A DNA stretch of 64,000 nucleotides from Vulcanimicrobiales bacterium. GTDB taxonomy: Bacteria > Vulcanimicrobiota > Vulcanimicrobiia > Vulcanimicrobiales > Vulcanimicrobiaceae. Position 1 is the stretch's first letter; every line of letters begins with the position of its first letter. Below, in pieces: positions 9,623 to 19,841 of the stretch. Below the pieces are notes generated by a model. It worked only from the letters and a program-made list of their open reading frames with translations, did not search any database and was not told where the DNA came from. The stretch spans positions 32,001-96,000 of the forward strand of contig JBBRLI010000010.1 in the NCBI GenBank assembly GCA_038231455.1. The letters are read 5' to 3'. The position numbers and the translations under genes are program-made.

Positions 9623-10858
9623 GTGCGGGCCGCCACTGTGGATAACGGCTCGCACGAGCGCCCCGAAGCGCACGTTGACACCGCGGCCGTTCACGCCGGG
9701 TCCTTCCCACAACCAGAAAATCGTCCGTCCAGCCCGGCGCTCTATCAGGCCTCATCGTACGAGTTTGCAGACCTCGAGGAAATGGAAGCGATCTATGGTG
9801 GAAGCCGCCAGGGATCGATTTATGGGCGATACGGGGGCCCAAACGCGCTCCATTTCGAGTCCGCCATGGCCCAATTGGAGTTTTCTGAGGATGCGGTCGG
9901 CGCCGCGAGCGGCATGGCCGCGATCGACGCGGCGCTTGCTCTCGTGCTTCGGGCAGGTGATCGCGTGATCTGCACTACGGAACTGTACGGTGGCACGTAT
10001 TCACTTCTTGAGAATGATTACCAAGAACGAGGCGTGATCGTCGATTTCGTCGATCAAACGGACCTCGCGGCCGTGGAAGCCGCGTTCGAATGCGGCAAAG
10101 CAAAGGCCCTCTATGTAGAGTCCTTAACAAACCCCCTCATGCACGTAGCCGACATCCCGCGTCTGGCCACGATTGCACACCGGCATGGGGCGATCTTGAT
10201 CGTTGATGCGACGTTCGCGTCGCCAGCCCTTGCACAGCCCGTTCGTTGGGGAGCGGATATCGTGCTCCATAGCGTTGGAAAATATTTGGGCGGACATGGC
10301 GACGTGGGCGCGGGCGTGCTCTCGGGTCGCCGCGACCTCATCGAGCGCGCCCGGGCCTATCTCGTGCGCACGGGGGCTACGCTCCCGCACTTCGAGGCGT
10401 GGCTCGCGCTGCGCGGCGTGCGGACCCTCGCGCTGCGGATGACCCGCCACGCGGAGAACGCGCGTGCGGTCGCGGCGGCCCTTGCGCGCATGCCCGGGAT
10501 CGTACGCGTGCATCACCCGTCGCTTCCCGGCCATCCGCAACACGCGCTAGCGCGCGAACTCTATCCACAGGGGACCGGCGGCATCGTCGCATTCGACATC
10601 GTCGGCGGGCGGCCCGAGGTCGCTCAGTTCGTCAAAGGACTCGAGAGGATCGCGATCGTTCACAGCCTCGGCGAAATCGCATCGACGATTTCCTATAGCG
10701 TCGCAAGCTCGCATCGCCCCGTTCCGAAAATAACGCGCGACAAGCTCGGTGTGACCGATGCGACGCTCCGTCTTTCGTGCGGCATCGAACACGCAGACGA
10801 CATCATCGCCGACCTCGCGCGCGCGTGCGCAGGGGTAACCGTACGCGTTCCCGCATAG
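9623..10858 (+). CDS. PLP-dependent trans-sulfuration enzyme (cystathionine gamma-synthase/lyase, Met gamma-lyase family)
   Basis: YGRYGGPN, ASGMAAI, ESLTNP, VDATFASP, HSVGKYLGGHGD, LRLSCGIE; start may be GTG 9638. Confidence 0.9.
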   Translation: MRAATVDNGSHERPEAHVDTAAVHAGSFPQPENRPSSPALYQASSYEFADLEEMEAIYGGSRQGSIYGRYGGPNALHFESAMAQLEFSEDAVGAASGMAAIDAALALVLRAGDRVICTTELYGGTYSLLENDYQERGVIVDFVDQTDLAAVEAAFECGKAKALYVESLTNPLMHVADIPRLATIAHRHGAILIVDATFASPALAQPVRWGADIVLHSVGKYLGGHGDVGAGVLSGRRDLIERARAYLVRTGATLPHFEAWLALRGVRTLALRMTRHAENARAVAAALARMPGIVRVHHPSLPGHPQHALARELYPQGTGGIVAFDIVGGRPEVAQFVKGLERIAIVHSLGEIASTISYSVASSHRPVPKITRDKLGVTDATLRLSCGIEHADDIIADLARACAGVTVRVPA

Positions 10859-10878
10859 CTCGCGGCTGGAGGATTTCT

Positions 10879-11871
10879 ATGGTTCAACGTATTCTCACGT
10901 GCGCGGTTGCCGTCGCACTCGGCGTAACGTTCGCTGGTTGTTCGGTGAAGACCGAGACGAAGACCACGATCACATCAGCGGACGGCACAAAAACGACGAC
11001 GAGCGCTTCGTCGGCTGCTCCCGGAAGTGGTTCGAAAGTCATCGGTTTCTCGGTACAGAATCGTGAAGCGCAGTTCTATCAGCAGCTCGAAGCGGGCATG
11101 AAAACCGAAGCCGAAAAAGCGGGCTACACCGTCACGGTCGTCGACGCGAGCCGCGATAACTCCAAACAGCAAAGTCAGATCGAAGACTTTATCTCGCAAA
11201 AAGTCGCCGCGATCGTCATCACGCCGTACGATTCCAAGGCCATCGGCAGTGCGATCGCCGAAGCGAATAAGGCCGGCATTCCGGTCTTTACGGCGGATAT
11301 CGCGAATGCATCGAGCAATGGCACGGTCATCTCGCACATCGCAAGCGACAACGTTCAAGGCGGCGCGCAGGCCGCGAAACTCATGTGTGCGGCGCTCGGC
11401 GGAAAAGCCGGCGCAGTTGCAATTCTCGACGAGCCCGAAGTCTCGAGCGTCCAGGATCGCGTGAGCGGCTTCAAAGCGGAACTCGCAAAGAGTTGCCCGG
11501 GTGCAAAAATCGTCGCCGATATCGACGGTGGTGGCGAGCGAGCCAAAGCCAGCAGCGCGACCGACGACATCCTGCAGTCGCATAAAGATCTCAAAGGCGT
11601 CTTCGGGATCAACGACGACTCGGCGCTCGGTGCCGCAAAGTCGATCCAAGCCGCCGGCATGGCGGGTAAAGTGCTGGTCGTCGGATACGATGCAACGCCC
11701 GAAGCGCAAACCGCAATCAAAGCCGGTACGATGTACGGCGATGCGATCCAACACCCGGATCAAATCGGTGTGAAGACGATCGATGCGATCACCGGTTATT
11801 TCGCGGGCAAGAAACCCGCCGCGAAGATTGCGGTCCCCGTCGGAACGTTCACCAAGGCCGACGCGAAATAG
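10879..11871 (+). CDS. Sugar ABC transporter substrate-binding lipoprotein (RbsB-like)
   Basis: SD GGAGG before ATG 10879; lipobox FAGC; IASDNVQGG, FGINDDSALGA, VGYDA. Confidence 0.9.
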   Translation: MVQRILTCAVAVALGVTFAGCSVKTETKTTITSADGTKTTTSASSAAPGSGSKVIGFSVQNREAQFYQQLEAGMKTEAEKAGYTVTVVDASRDNSKQQSQIEDFISQKVAAIVITPYDSKAIGSAIAEANKAGIPVFTADIANASSNGTVISHIASDNVQGGAQAAKLMCAALGGKAGAVAILDEPEVSSVQDRVSGFKAELAKSCPGAKIVADIDGGGERAKASSATDDILQSHKDLKGVFGINDDSALGAAKSIQAAGMAGKVLVVGYDATPEAQTAIKAGTMYGDAIQHPDQIGVKTIDAITGYFAGKKPAAKIAVPVGTFTKADAK

Positions 11872-11885
11872 ACCCGCTACTCGCG

Positions 11886-13361
11886 ATGCGCGGCATCGAG
11901 AAGTCATTCCCGGGCGTCAAGGCGCTCTCGGGCGTGACGCTCGATGTCAACGCGGGCGAGCTGCTGGCACTCGTCGGCGAAAACGGCGCGGGTAAATCGA
12001 CGCTGATGAAGATTCTCTCCGGCGCACAACCCGCTGACGCCGGAGAGATCGTTGTCGACGGCGTGGTCGCGAAGATCGCGGGTCCAAAAGACGCCGAGCA
12101 CCTTGGTATCGGCATGATTTATCAGGAATTCAACCTCGTCCCGGATCTGGGCGTGATCGAAAATATTATGCTCGGCATCGAGCCGGTCCGCGGCCTCTTT
12201 CTCGATCCGAAGGGCGCGACGCACGCGGCGAGCACGGTGCTCGCAGAGCTCGGCATCGAGTTGCCGCTCGACGTTCCCGTGCGCCGCCTCTCGGTCGCAC
12301 AGCAGCAGATGGTCGAGATTTGCAAGTGCCTCGTGAAGAAAGCGCGGCTCATCGTGATGGACGAGCCGACGGCGGCACTCACCGACCGCGAGATCGACCG
12401 GCTCTTCGAATTGATCCTGCGTCTCAAGAAGAGCGGCGTTGCGATTATCTACATCTCCCACCGGCTCGAAGAATTACCGCGAATCGCTGACCGTGTCACG
12501 GTGCTGCGAGACGGCAAAGCGATCGAGACGCGGGCGCTCGCCGATCTGCCGCAAGACGAAATGATTCGGCTCATGGTCGGACGCGCGCTCGACGCGCATT
12601 TCCCCGAACTGCCGCCGGTCCGAGCGGACGCACCCGTGATGCTTCAAGTCGCGGGGCTCCGTCGCGGGAATCGCGTGAATGGCGTCGATTTTTCGGTGCG
12701 CGCGGGTGAAATTATCGCGCTTGCCGGCCTCGTTGGCGCCGGCCGAACCGAAATCGTGCGCGCGATTGCGGGTGCCGATGTGCCCGATGCGGGGACGGTT
12801 ACGGTCGAGGGTAAGGTCGTGCGGATTACGAGCCCGCGGGTCGGGATCGCAGCCAAAATCGCGCTCATCACGGAGGATCGCAAGAATCAAGGCCTAGTCC
12901 TCGGGATGAGCGTGCGCGCGAATACGACGCTTGCCCACCTCGAACAATTCACCACGCGTGGCTTCATCGACAAACACAAAGAAGATACGGCCGCGAATCA
13001 GTCGATTGCCGAACTGCGAATCCGCACCCCAAGCGACGAACAACTCGTGCGCAATCTCTCCGGCGGTAACCAGCAGAAGGTCGTTTTGGCCAAGTGGCTC
13101 GTCGGAGACGCGCGCATTTTTCTCTTCGACGAACCCACGCGCGGCATCGACATCGGCGCGAAAGCGGAAATCTATACGTTGATGGTCGATCTTGCACGCA
13201 AGGGAGCGGCAATCGTGATGGTTTCAAGCGAACTACCGGAAGTCTTAGGTATGGCGCACCGGATTCTCGTCATCCGCGATGGTTTGATCCGCGCCGAATT
13301 TTCGCACGCCGATGCGACGCAAGAGAAGATCATCGCCGTTGCAGCCGGAGCAGCAGCGTAA
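11886..13361 (+). CDS. Sugar ABC transporter ATP-binding protein, two domains (RbsA-like)
   Basis: GENGAGKSTL, MDEPT, LSGGNQQKV, FDEPTRGID. Confidence 0.95.
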   Translation: MRGIEKSFPGVKALSGVTLDVNAGELLALVGENGAGKSTLMKILSGAQPADAGEIVVDGVVAKIAGPKDAEHLGIGMIYQEFNLVPDLGVIENIMLGIEPVRGLFLDPKGATHAASTVLAELGIELPLDVPVRRLSVAQQQMVEICKCLVKKARLIVMDEPTAALTDREIDRLFELILRLKKSGVAIIYISHRLEELPRIADRVTVLRDGKAIETRALADLPQDEMIRLMVGRALDAHFPELPPVRADAPVMLQVAGLRRGNRVNGVDFSVRAGEIIALAGLVGAGRTEIVRAIAGADVPDAGTVTVEGKVVRITSPRVGIAAKIALITEDRKNQGLVLGMSVRANTTLAHLEQFTTRGFIDKHKEDTAANQSIAELRIRTPSDEQLVRNLSGGNQQKVVLAKWLVGDARIFLFDEPTRGIDIGAKAEIYTLMVDLARKGAAIVMVSSELPEVLGMAHRILVIRDGLIRAEFSHADATQEKIIAVAAGAAA

Positions 13362-14413
13362 TGGCGGAAGTTCAAGCCGAGGTCAAAGCGAATCTCGAAA
13401 ATCGCGCCGGAGACGCGCGCGCGAAAGCGCGCCGGACGTACTGGACGCGCTTCGGCATTTTTGCTGCCGTGCTCGCAGCGATCGTCATCGTCGTCAATAT
13501 TTTCACGCACGGCAACTTCCTCACGGCCGGTAACCTCACCAATGTCTTACGGCAGATCACCTACAACGCGATTTTGGCGATCGGGCAAACCTTCGTCATC
13601 ATCACGGGTGGTATCGATCTCTCGGTCGGTTCACTGATCGAACTCTCGGGCGTCGTCATGGCGCTCTTCGCGAACGCCACCGGACTCGATGGCGTCGTTC
13701 TCGTTCTCGCGACGTTGCTCGTCGGCGTGCTCGTCGGCGGTTTTGCGGGCTTCGTCAATGCCGTTCCCGTCGTGCGCTTGAATCTGCCGCCGTTCATCAC
13801 GACCCTTGCGATGATGCTCATGGCACGTGGTCTCGCCTTCAAACTCAGTCACGGTCAGCCGATCGCGCTCAATTCGCACGCGTTCGATTCGATCGGCACG
13901 GGCTATATCTTGAGCGGCGTTCTCGCGCCGCTGCATCTTCCCGGCATCCCGATTGCGGTACTCTGGATGCTCGCACTCGTTACGATCTTTGCCGTGCTGC
14001 TCACGCGCACGCGTTTCGGCCGCTACGTGTACGCGCTCGGCGGGAATGAAGAAGCCGCGCGCCTCGCCGGCATCGACGTCGCGCGTGCGAAAACAATCGT
14101 CTACATGATCTCGGGTGCCTGCGCGGCCGTCGCGGGCATGCTGCTCATGGCTCGCTTCTCATCGGGCTCCCCGAATACCGGGATCGGCAACGAGCTGCAA
14201 TCGATCGCTGCGGTCGTCGTCGGTGGGACGAGCCTGACCGGTGGTCGCGGCAGTGTCGTCGGCACGTTTGCCGGCGCGCTGCTGATCGGCGTGCTGAACA
14301 ACGTGATGAACTTGCTCAACATCGAATCGTACACGCAAGAGATCGTGCTCGGTGCCGTCATCTTGCTTGCGGTGATCGTCGACCAGCTGCGCCGGAAGTA
14401 CGTTGCGGCTTAG
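13361..14413 (+). CDS. Sugar ABC transporter permease (RbsC-like)
   Basis: TAATG coupling to upstream gene; GGIDLSVGS, YALGGNEEAARLAGI, ELQSIAAVVVGGTSL. Confidence 0.93.
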   Translation: MAEVQAEVKANLENRAGDARAKARRTYWTRFGIFAAVLAAIVIVVNIFTHGNFLTAGNLTNVLRQITYNAILAIGQTFVIITGGIDLSVGSLIELSGVVMALFANATGLDGVVLVLATLLVGVLVGGFAGFVNAVPVVRLNLPPFITTLAMMLMARGLAFKLSHGQPIALNSHAFDSIGTGYILSGVLAPLHLPGIPIAVLWMLALVTIFAVLLTRTRFGRYVYALGGNEEAARLAGIDVARAKTIVYMISGACAAVAGMLLMARFSSGSPNTGIGNELQSIAAVVVGGTSLTGGRGSVVGTFAGALLIGVLNNVMNLLNIESYTQEIVLGAVILLAVIVDQLRRKYVAA

Positions 14414-15048
14414 AAGTTCGCGTCCGTCAGGCCAACATTGAGCTTGACGCTCGTCCATTTCTCGTCTTTGACGAGGCGTTCACCCTCGAAGCGTTCGCGG
14501 CGCACCGGCAGATGCGATGACTTTGCGAACGAGACGATTTCTTTGCTAACGCCGTGATTGGCGGCTGGATCGGCAACGATGAGTGTAACGGCTGTCGTCG
14601 CGATGCCGTCAACGGCTGCCCCATCGGCTTCGCTCATAATTCCCTTGATCGATTTAAGCTCGTCGATGACCGACCCAAACGTGCCCGTATCGATCGAATC
14701 GCCACGTAGCGAGAGCACGCGCTTGTCGTGCAAGTCCATATTCATCTTGATCATTGCAAGCATCCCACCCTTATGCGCGCGCACTTGCGTGCCGCCTTTG
14801 TACAAGATTCCAGCACCCGCGTCGGGTCCCGCAACCACATCGACGCTGATGAAATGCGGTTTCTTAAAGCGATAGCCATACGTGCGGTCTTGTGTTGAGG
14901 TTCCGAGAATCTCATGGACGACAAGCGACGTCGTATAATCGTTTATTTTGCCGAGCGCTTCGCTTGCATCATCGATTGCAGCGGCTTGTGCGACAAGCGG
15001 CGCGGCGACGAGTGCAAGGAGCATGGCGACGGAAAGAATCGGTTTCAT
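14410..15048 (-). CDS. Secreted LolA-like / outer-membrane lipoprotein-sorting-type protein
   Basis: Signal peptide (AQA); FKKP..; C-terminal VKLNVGLTDANF resembles LolA-fold proteins. Confidence 0.55.
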   Translation of the reverse strand: MKPILSVAMLLALVAAPLVAQAAAIDDASEALGKINDYTTSLVVHEILGTSTQDRTYGYRFKKPHFISVDVVAGPDAGAGILYKGGTQVRAHKGGMLAMIKMNMDLHDKRVLSLRGDSIDTGTFGSVIDELKSIKGIMSEADGAAVDGIATTAVTLIVADPAANHGVSKEIVSFAKSSHLPVRRERFEGERLVKDEKWTSVKLNVGLTDANF

Positions 15049-15103
15049 GGTGGGACCCTCCAGTAGTAGCATCGCTACGTCGGTCCGTTAACGTCGACCT
15101 GTC

Positions 15104-15688
15104 CTATTCCGTTCCGAGCAGCGTGCCGTGTTGTCCGGGAACCCCGATGAGGACGTCGCATTTCGCATGCGTCGCGATTTGTTCGATCGCTCGTCCGAGC
15201 GGTGCGCCCGTGTACTTGCCTTCGCGAAACGAGCCCATGATGAGTAAGTGCGCCTCTTCGCGTTTGGCAAGATCGAGCACGGCGCTGCTGATCTGACGCG
15301 CGTGAATCGTCTCTTTCCGGAGTTGGATGCCGTTGGTCTGCGCGATCGCCTCGGCGGTTGCAAGAACGTCGAGCGCAACGCGGTCTTGCTCGGGCGTACT
15401 TGCTCCCTCGGGTAGGATCAGTGGGACTTCGATGACGTAGGCGGCGAGAAGTTCGGCTTTCTCACGGCGCGCCAATCGTGCGGCAAGCACCATCATCGAT
15501 TCTGAGTGAATGTCCTCCGAGAACACGACGATGACCGAACCGACCATTTCTTTGAGTTCGGCCTCCGCCGCCTGCGCGGCCACGTCTGCCTTGGTCTTTG
15601 GCGGATGGAGCATCCACCAAATCGTTCCCGAGACGGAGAAGACGACGAAGAAGCCCGCAAGAACGCCGCTCGTATGCATCGTCAGCAC
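15104..15688 (-). CDS. Universal stress protein with N-terminal membrane anchor
   Basis: TM helix, then USP fold: AAYVIEVP, AHLLIMG..LGRAIEQIATHAKCDVLI. Confidence 0.85.
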   Translation of the reverse strand: MLTMHTSGVLAGFFVVFSVSGTIWWMLHPPKTKADVAAQAAEAELKEMVGSVIVVFSEDIHSESMMVLAARLARREKAELLAAYVIEVPLILPEGASTPEQDRVALDVLATAEAIAQTNGIQLRKETIHARQISSAVLDLAKREEAHLLIMGSFREGKYTGAPLGRAIEQIATHAKCDVLIGVPGQHGTLLGTE

Positions 15689-15689
15689 G

Positions 15690-15917
15690 CTATCGGCCGT
15701 CCCGCGCGAGCAGATAATTGCGGATGCGCATCACGCCCAGGCCCGCAAGTGCGAGAGAGAAGATGAGGCCGATCACGGCCTGCGTCGGTTGGTGCATCGT
15801 AAGCGCGATACCGACGACTTGATAGCCGATGATCGCGCCCATGGCGATAAACGCAAGCCCAAAGATCGCTCGTAGCCGCACGATCGCAAGCGGCGGCGGC
15901 GTGCGCCTGCGCATCAT
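15690..15917 (-). CDS. Small two-TM membrane protein
   Basis: Two hydrophobic helices; coupled to both neighbours. Confidence 0.65.
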   Translation of the reverse strand: MMRRRTPPPLAIVRLRAIFGLAFIAMGAIIGYQVVGIALTMHQPTQAVIGLIFSLALAGLGVMRIRNYLLARDGR

Positions 15918-17542
15918 GCGACGCCCGTCGTCGTTTTCGCGCGCGCCTCATCGCGCTTGCGCAAGTTGCTCAAATACTCGTCCATCAATTCAAGTTCGCC
16001 CGCATCGCGCAAGATCGCGATTTGCTGCTGTTCCCACTCGTGTTTGCGGGAGCCGAACATGGGCAACTTCTTTCGCTTGCGATACCAGATGTAGCCGAGG
16101 AAGCCTAGGACCACCCAGAGCGGACCCGCGACGCGACCGATTTCGTGCGTGTACAACGTGAAGCACAGAATCGAGAATATCCCGATGAAACCGATAACGG
16201 CGACGACGGGGAATTTAACCGCTTGTCCGTTCCACGTCATTGGAATATTGAAGGGAATCGTAAATTTTCGCGGCGAGAGGGGGTCTTTCAGGCGCAGTGC
16301 GATGAGCGCGATGAATACGAACGAGTAGCTCGTCGCCGCGCCAAATGCGTAAAGATCGGCGAGCACGCCGATACCGTTCTCACCGTGGAAAAGTCGCGTA
16401 TAGAGCGTATTCGCGCCTGCGTTGAGACTCGGCAACGCCGCGAAGAGCATGACGATAAACGCGAGCCCGCAGAACGTGATGATCGAAACCGCAGGTGTGC
16501 GAAACTGCGGATGCACTTTCTGGAAAACCGTGGGCATCAGGCGCGAGTGGCTCATGGCGTACGCGATACGCGATGCGCCGAAGACGCCCGAGTTGCTGGA
16601 GATCAACAGCAAGATCGCTCCGAGCACGGGAACGTAATACGCTGCGATCGCGCCGAAATACGGAACGTTCGCGGCGAGCACGGCGACGGAGCGGCCGTTG
16701 TTGTCGTCGTTACCGAGGAATTGCACGAACGTTTGCACGTGATGTTGCGCGTCGAGCGGCACCGGGTGGACCGGCGTCATGCCGAGCGCGAGATTCGAAT
16801 AGGCGAGCGCGTAGATCAAAATCGTGAGGATCAAGCTGATCGACGTGCGTGGAATGATCGAGGCTGGCCGCTGCGTTTCTTGCGCAGCCTGCGAGATCGA
16901 TTCCAAACCAACGAACGAGATGATCGCAAGCGACACGCCGTTGAGCAAGTTGAAGGGCGTCGGCCACGAGAACGTCATCGCGTGTACGAGAATGTTCGGA
17001 TCGAAGGCAAAGACGAAACCGAAGAAGAGGATCGCTGTTTCGCTCACCACGTCGAGCGCGCTCACGACACCGTTAAGCGTGGTCGACTCACGAACGCCGA
17101 TTACGTTGAGCAAGCAAAGGCCGCCGATCACGAAGGTGACGGCGATGAAGTGGGTGATGGGGTGGTTGCCGAGCGCCAGCGCCGGAATCAAGAACCCTAA
17201 ATAATCAATACACGACCACGCAAAGAGTGCAATGTCGATCGTGAAATCGAGCAGCACCGACCAGCCCGCGATAAAACCGAAGACATCGCCGAGGCCGCGT
17301 AAAACGAAATACTGCCCGCCGCCGGCGACCGGATAGGTCGCGGCAAGCTCGGTGTATGCAAGCCCGATACACACGTAGACGATGCCCGCGAAGAGGAACG
17401 CAACGTTCGATCCGCCGCCGGCGGCACCGAGCACGAGGCCGAGGCCGACGAAAATGTCGGCACCGACATCGGAATAGCCCCAAGAAAACGATCCCCACGG
17501 CGTAACCGAACGCCGGAGAGTAGCCTTACTTCCCGCAGACAT
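15914..17542 (-). CDS. APC family amino-acid/cation permease
   Basis: LAYTELAATYPVAGG, FVGLESISQAAQE, GASRIAYAMS, HPQFRTP. Confidence 0.92.
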   Translation of the reverse strand: MSAGSKATLRRSVTPWGSFSWGYSDVGADIFVGLGLVLGAAGGGSNVAFLFAGIVYVCIGLAYTELAATYPVAGGGQYFVLRGLGDVFGFIAGWSVLLDFTIDIALFAWSCIDYLGFLIPALALGNHPITHFIAVTFVIGGLCLLNVIGVRESTTLNGVVSALDVVSETAILFFGFVFAFDPNILVHAMTFSWPTPFNLLNGVSLAIISFVGLESISQAAQETQRPASIIPRTSISLILTILIYALAYSNLALGMTPVHPVPLDAQHHVQTFVQFLGNDDNNGRSVAVLAANVPYFGAIAAYYVPVLGAILLLISSNSGVFGASRIAYAMSHSRLMPTVFQKVHPQFRTPAVSIITFCGLAFIVMLFAALPSLNAGANTLYTRLFHGENGIGVLADLYAFGAATSYSFVFIALIALRLKDPLSPRKFTIPFNIPMTWNGQAVKFPVVAVIGFIGIFSILCFTLYTHEIGRVAGPLWVVLGFLGYIWYRKRKKLPMFGSRKHEWEQQQIAILRDAGELELMDEYLSNLRKRDEARAKTTTGVA

Positions 17543-18822
17543 TAACGATAACGCAGCCCGATGCGCTGTAGTGCATACAGAATCCGTTCACCCTCTTCAA
17601 GTTCTTTGAGCATCCGTCGTCCGCGGAGGACGGGAAGAGCCGTGTTAAGCGCCTCTTGGGCCTGGTCGATTTCATTCTTATCCGGCTTATCGATCTCGGT
17701 ATTTTTCTGTAGGATCATCGTTGCAAACTTGAGTGCGGTCTTCGCGTATTCCAGCTCGTTTGAGACATCCTGGAAGGCGCGCATCGCATTTTGATACGTG
17801 CGCATGGCTTCGGGATAGTCGCGCTTGCGAGTCGCAAGCATTCCCGCCAGAACCTGTGAATACGCTTCGTTGAGCGTGAATGTCGGCGCGAACGTTCGAT
17901 CCAGCGCTTCGCGCACGGACGTATCGGCCGGCGGTTCGCCGGGAGTCGGCGCAGCGCCGTTGATGGGAGCGGAATCCATCGCAGCTTTGGGACCACCGCT
18001 GCCGCCGGAGATGAGGTGCTGGAGATCGGCGATGACGTCATTTGCCGCCTGATAGCGACGATCGGGCTGCTTTTCGAGCAACTTCATTACGATGCGTTCG
18101 ATCGGTACGGGAACGCTGCGATTGATCGCGCGCATCGACGGCGGCGGCTCATTGACGTGCGCGAATATGACCGAGACCAAATCGTCGGTGTCGCTTTTGA
18201 ACGGCACGGTGCCGGCGAATACTTCGTACATCATGACGCCGACCGAGTATAGATCGCTACGCGCATCCGCAGCTTTCCCGAGAAAACGTTCGGGCGAGAG
18301 ATAGGCGATCGTCCCGACGATCTCGCCCGCTTGGCTGATCTGTGACATTTCACTCGTGCGGCGCGAGAGCCCGAAGTCCATGACTTTGATCGTGCTATCG
18401 CCAAGGACCATGATGTTCGCTGGCTTGATATCGCGGTGAATGATTTGCAGGTCGTGCGCGAACTGCAAAGCACCGAGCAGATCGATAAAGTATTTGATCG
18501 CCGTATGCGTGGTGAGTTCGTTTGCGGGAATCGCCGCGAGCGTGCGTCCGTTTACGAGTTCCATGACGATGTACGAGAGGCCGTTCGTCTGACCGGCATC
18601 GTAGACCGCGACGATGTTGCGATGATTGAGGCGCGCCATCGATTGCGCTTCGCGCAAGAAGCGCTTGCGCACGTCATCGGAACGCTCGGTGAGAATCTTG
18701 ATCGCGACCGTTCGCTCGAGCATCGTATCGACGCCGGAGTAGACGTCGGCCATGCCGCCGCGACCGACGAGAGCGTCGATCCGGTAGCGATTTCCAAGCG
18801 TCCGCCCGGCCAGTTCCATCAC
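17542..18822 (-). CDS. Hanks-type Ser/Thr protein kinase, cytoplasmic, with helical C-terminal domain
   Basis: GRGGMADVY, VAIK, HRDIKPAN, DFG, YLSPE, SDLYSVG; no TM segment. Confidence 0.95.
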   Translation of the reverse strand: MMELAGRTLGNRYRIDALVGRGGMADVYSGVDTMLERTVAIKILTERSDDVRKRFLREAQSMARLNHRNIVAVYDAGQTNGLSYIVMELVNGRTLAAIPANELTTHTAIKYFIDLLGALQFAHDLQIIHRDIKPANIMVLGDSTIKVMDFGLSRRTSEMSQISQAGEIVGTIAYLSPERFLGKAADARSDLYSVGVMMYEVFAGTVPFKSDTDDLVSVIFAHVNEPPPSMRAINRSVPVPIERIVMKLLEKQPDRRYQAANDVIADLQHLISGGSGGPKAAMDSAPINGAAPTPGEPPADTSVREALDRTFAPTFTLNEAYSQVLAGMLATRKRDYPEAMRTYQNAMRAFQDVSNELEYAKTALKFATMILQKNTEIDKPDKNEIDQAQEALNTALPVLRGRRMLKELEEGERILYALQRIGLRYR

Positions 18823-19161
18823 TTAGAATGCGCTCCGGTGATGGCGAACGGACGTTCCCTCGATCGTCACCACGTCAAACCGAGCGCGAGATTGCGGCGC
18901 GGTGAATTGCAAATAGTCCGCCGCGAGCAAACGCAGTTTCCGGCGTTTGCGGGCGTCGACGGCGTCGAGTGCCGTGCCGAAATTTCCTGAGGTACGCGCT
19001 TTCACTTCCACAAAGACAATGGTCTCGCCATCTGAACAAACGATGTCGATTTCTCCGCCCGGAACTCGGACGTTTCGGCCGATGAGGCGATACCCCCGTT
19101 CAGCCAAGTGCTGCCAGGCCAAATCTTCACCGAGACGGCCGCGCTGCGCGCGCTCGGTCAC
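18823..19161 (-). CDS. yraN: YraN family nuclease
   Basis: GRLGEDLA, GEIDIV, VFVEVKART, RFDVV; GTG start overlapping the rnhB stop. Confidence 0.92.
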   Translation of the reverse strand: MTERAQRGRLGEDLAWQHLAERGYRLIGRNVRVPGGEIDIVCSDGETIVFVEVKARTSGNFGTALDAVDARKRRKLRLLAADYLQFTAPQSRARFDVVTIEGTSVRHHRSAF

Positions 19162-19841
19162 GATGCAGCGATTCCGGGGAGTTCGAGCGCCGCTGCGACG
19201 TGCCAAAAACCCCGCCGGTGCTGGTCGCACGGGCCGTGCGCTGCTAGGGCCGCGAGGTGCCGCGGAGTCGCATAGCCTTTGTGCTCGGCAAAGCCGTAGA
19301 GCGGATGGAGCAGGTCGAGTTCGGCGAGTAAACCGTCGCGATGAACCTTGGCGATGATCGAGGCGGCCGCGACGGTCGCGCACTTCGCGTCACCTTTGAT
19401 CACCGGTTCTTGCTCGCCCACATACGACTTGATCCGGACGGCATCGGTGATCAAATAGTCGGGCGCCTGCGAGAGCGCCGCGATCGCGCGCTCCATCGCA
19501 AGAACGCTTGCCCAGTAGATATTGATGCGGTCGATTTCGGCCACCGATGCCGAGCCGATGCCCCAACCAACGACCGAGCCTTTGATGTGCTCGGCAAGCT
19601 CGATTCGGCGGTCCGGGCGGACTTTTTTCGAATCGTTGAGGCCGGCGAGCATGAGCGGCCGGTCGGTGAGGACGCACGCTGCGATCACGGGTCCCGCAAG
19701 CGGCCCGCGTCCGACTTCGTCGACGCCTGCGACCAAGAGCAGGCCGCGTTCGCGTGCAGCGTTTTCGTAGCGGTGCAGGCGCAGGAGGCGTCGGCGTTCG
19801 GCGGCGCGTGCGTTCGCGCGCTTTCGGGCCTCGTCGTTCAT
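19158..19841 (-). CDS. rnhB: Ribonuclease HII
   Basis: GVDEVGRGPLAGPV, DSKK, IKGD, AAASIIAKV.RD, HKGY.T. Confidence 0.97.
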   Translation of the reverse strand: MNDEARKRANARAAERRRLLRLHRYENAARERGLLLVAGVDEVGRGPLAGPVIAACVLTDRPLMLAGLNDSKKVRPDRRIELAEHIKGSVVGWGIGSASVAEIDRINIYWASVLAMERAIAALSQAPDYLITDAVRIKSYVGEQEPVIKGDAKCATVAAASIIAKVHRDGLLAELDLLHPLYGFAEHKGYATPRHLAALAAHGPCDQHRRGFWHVAAALELPGIAAS

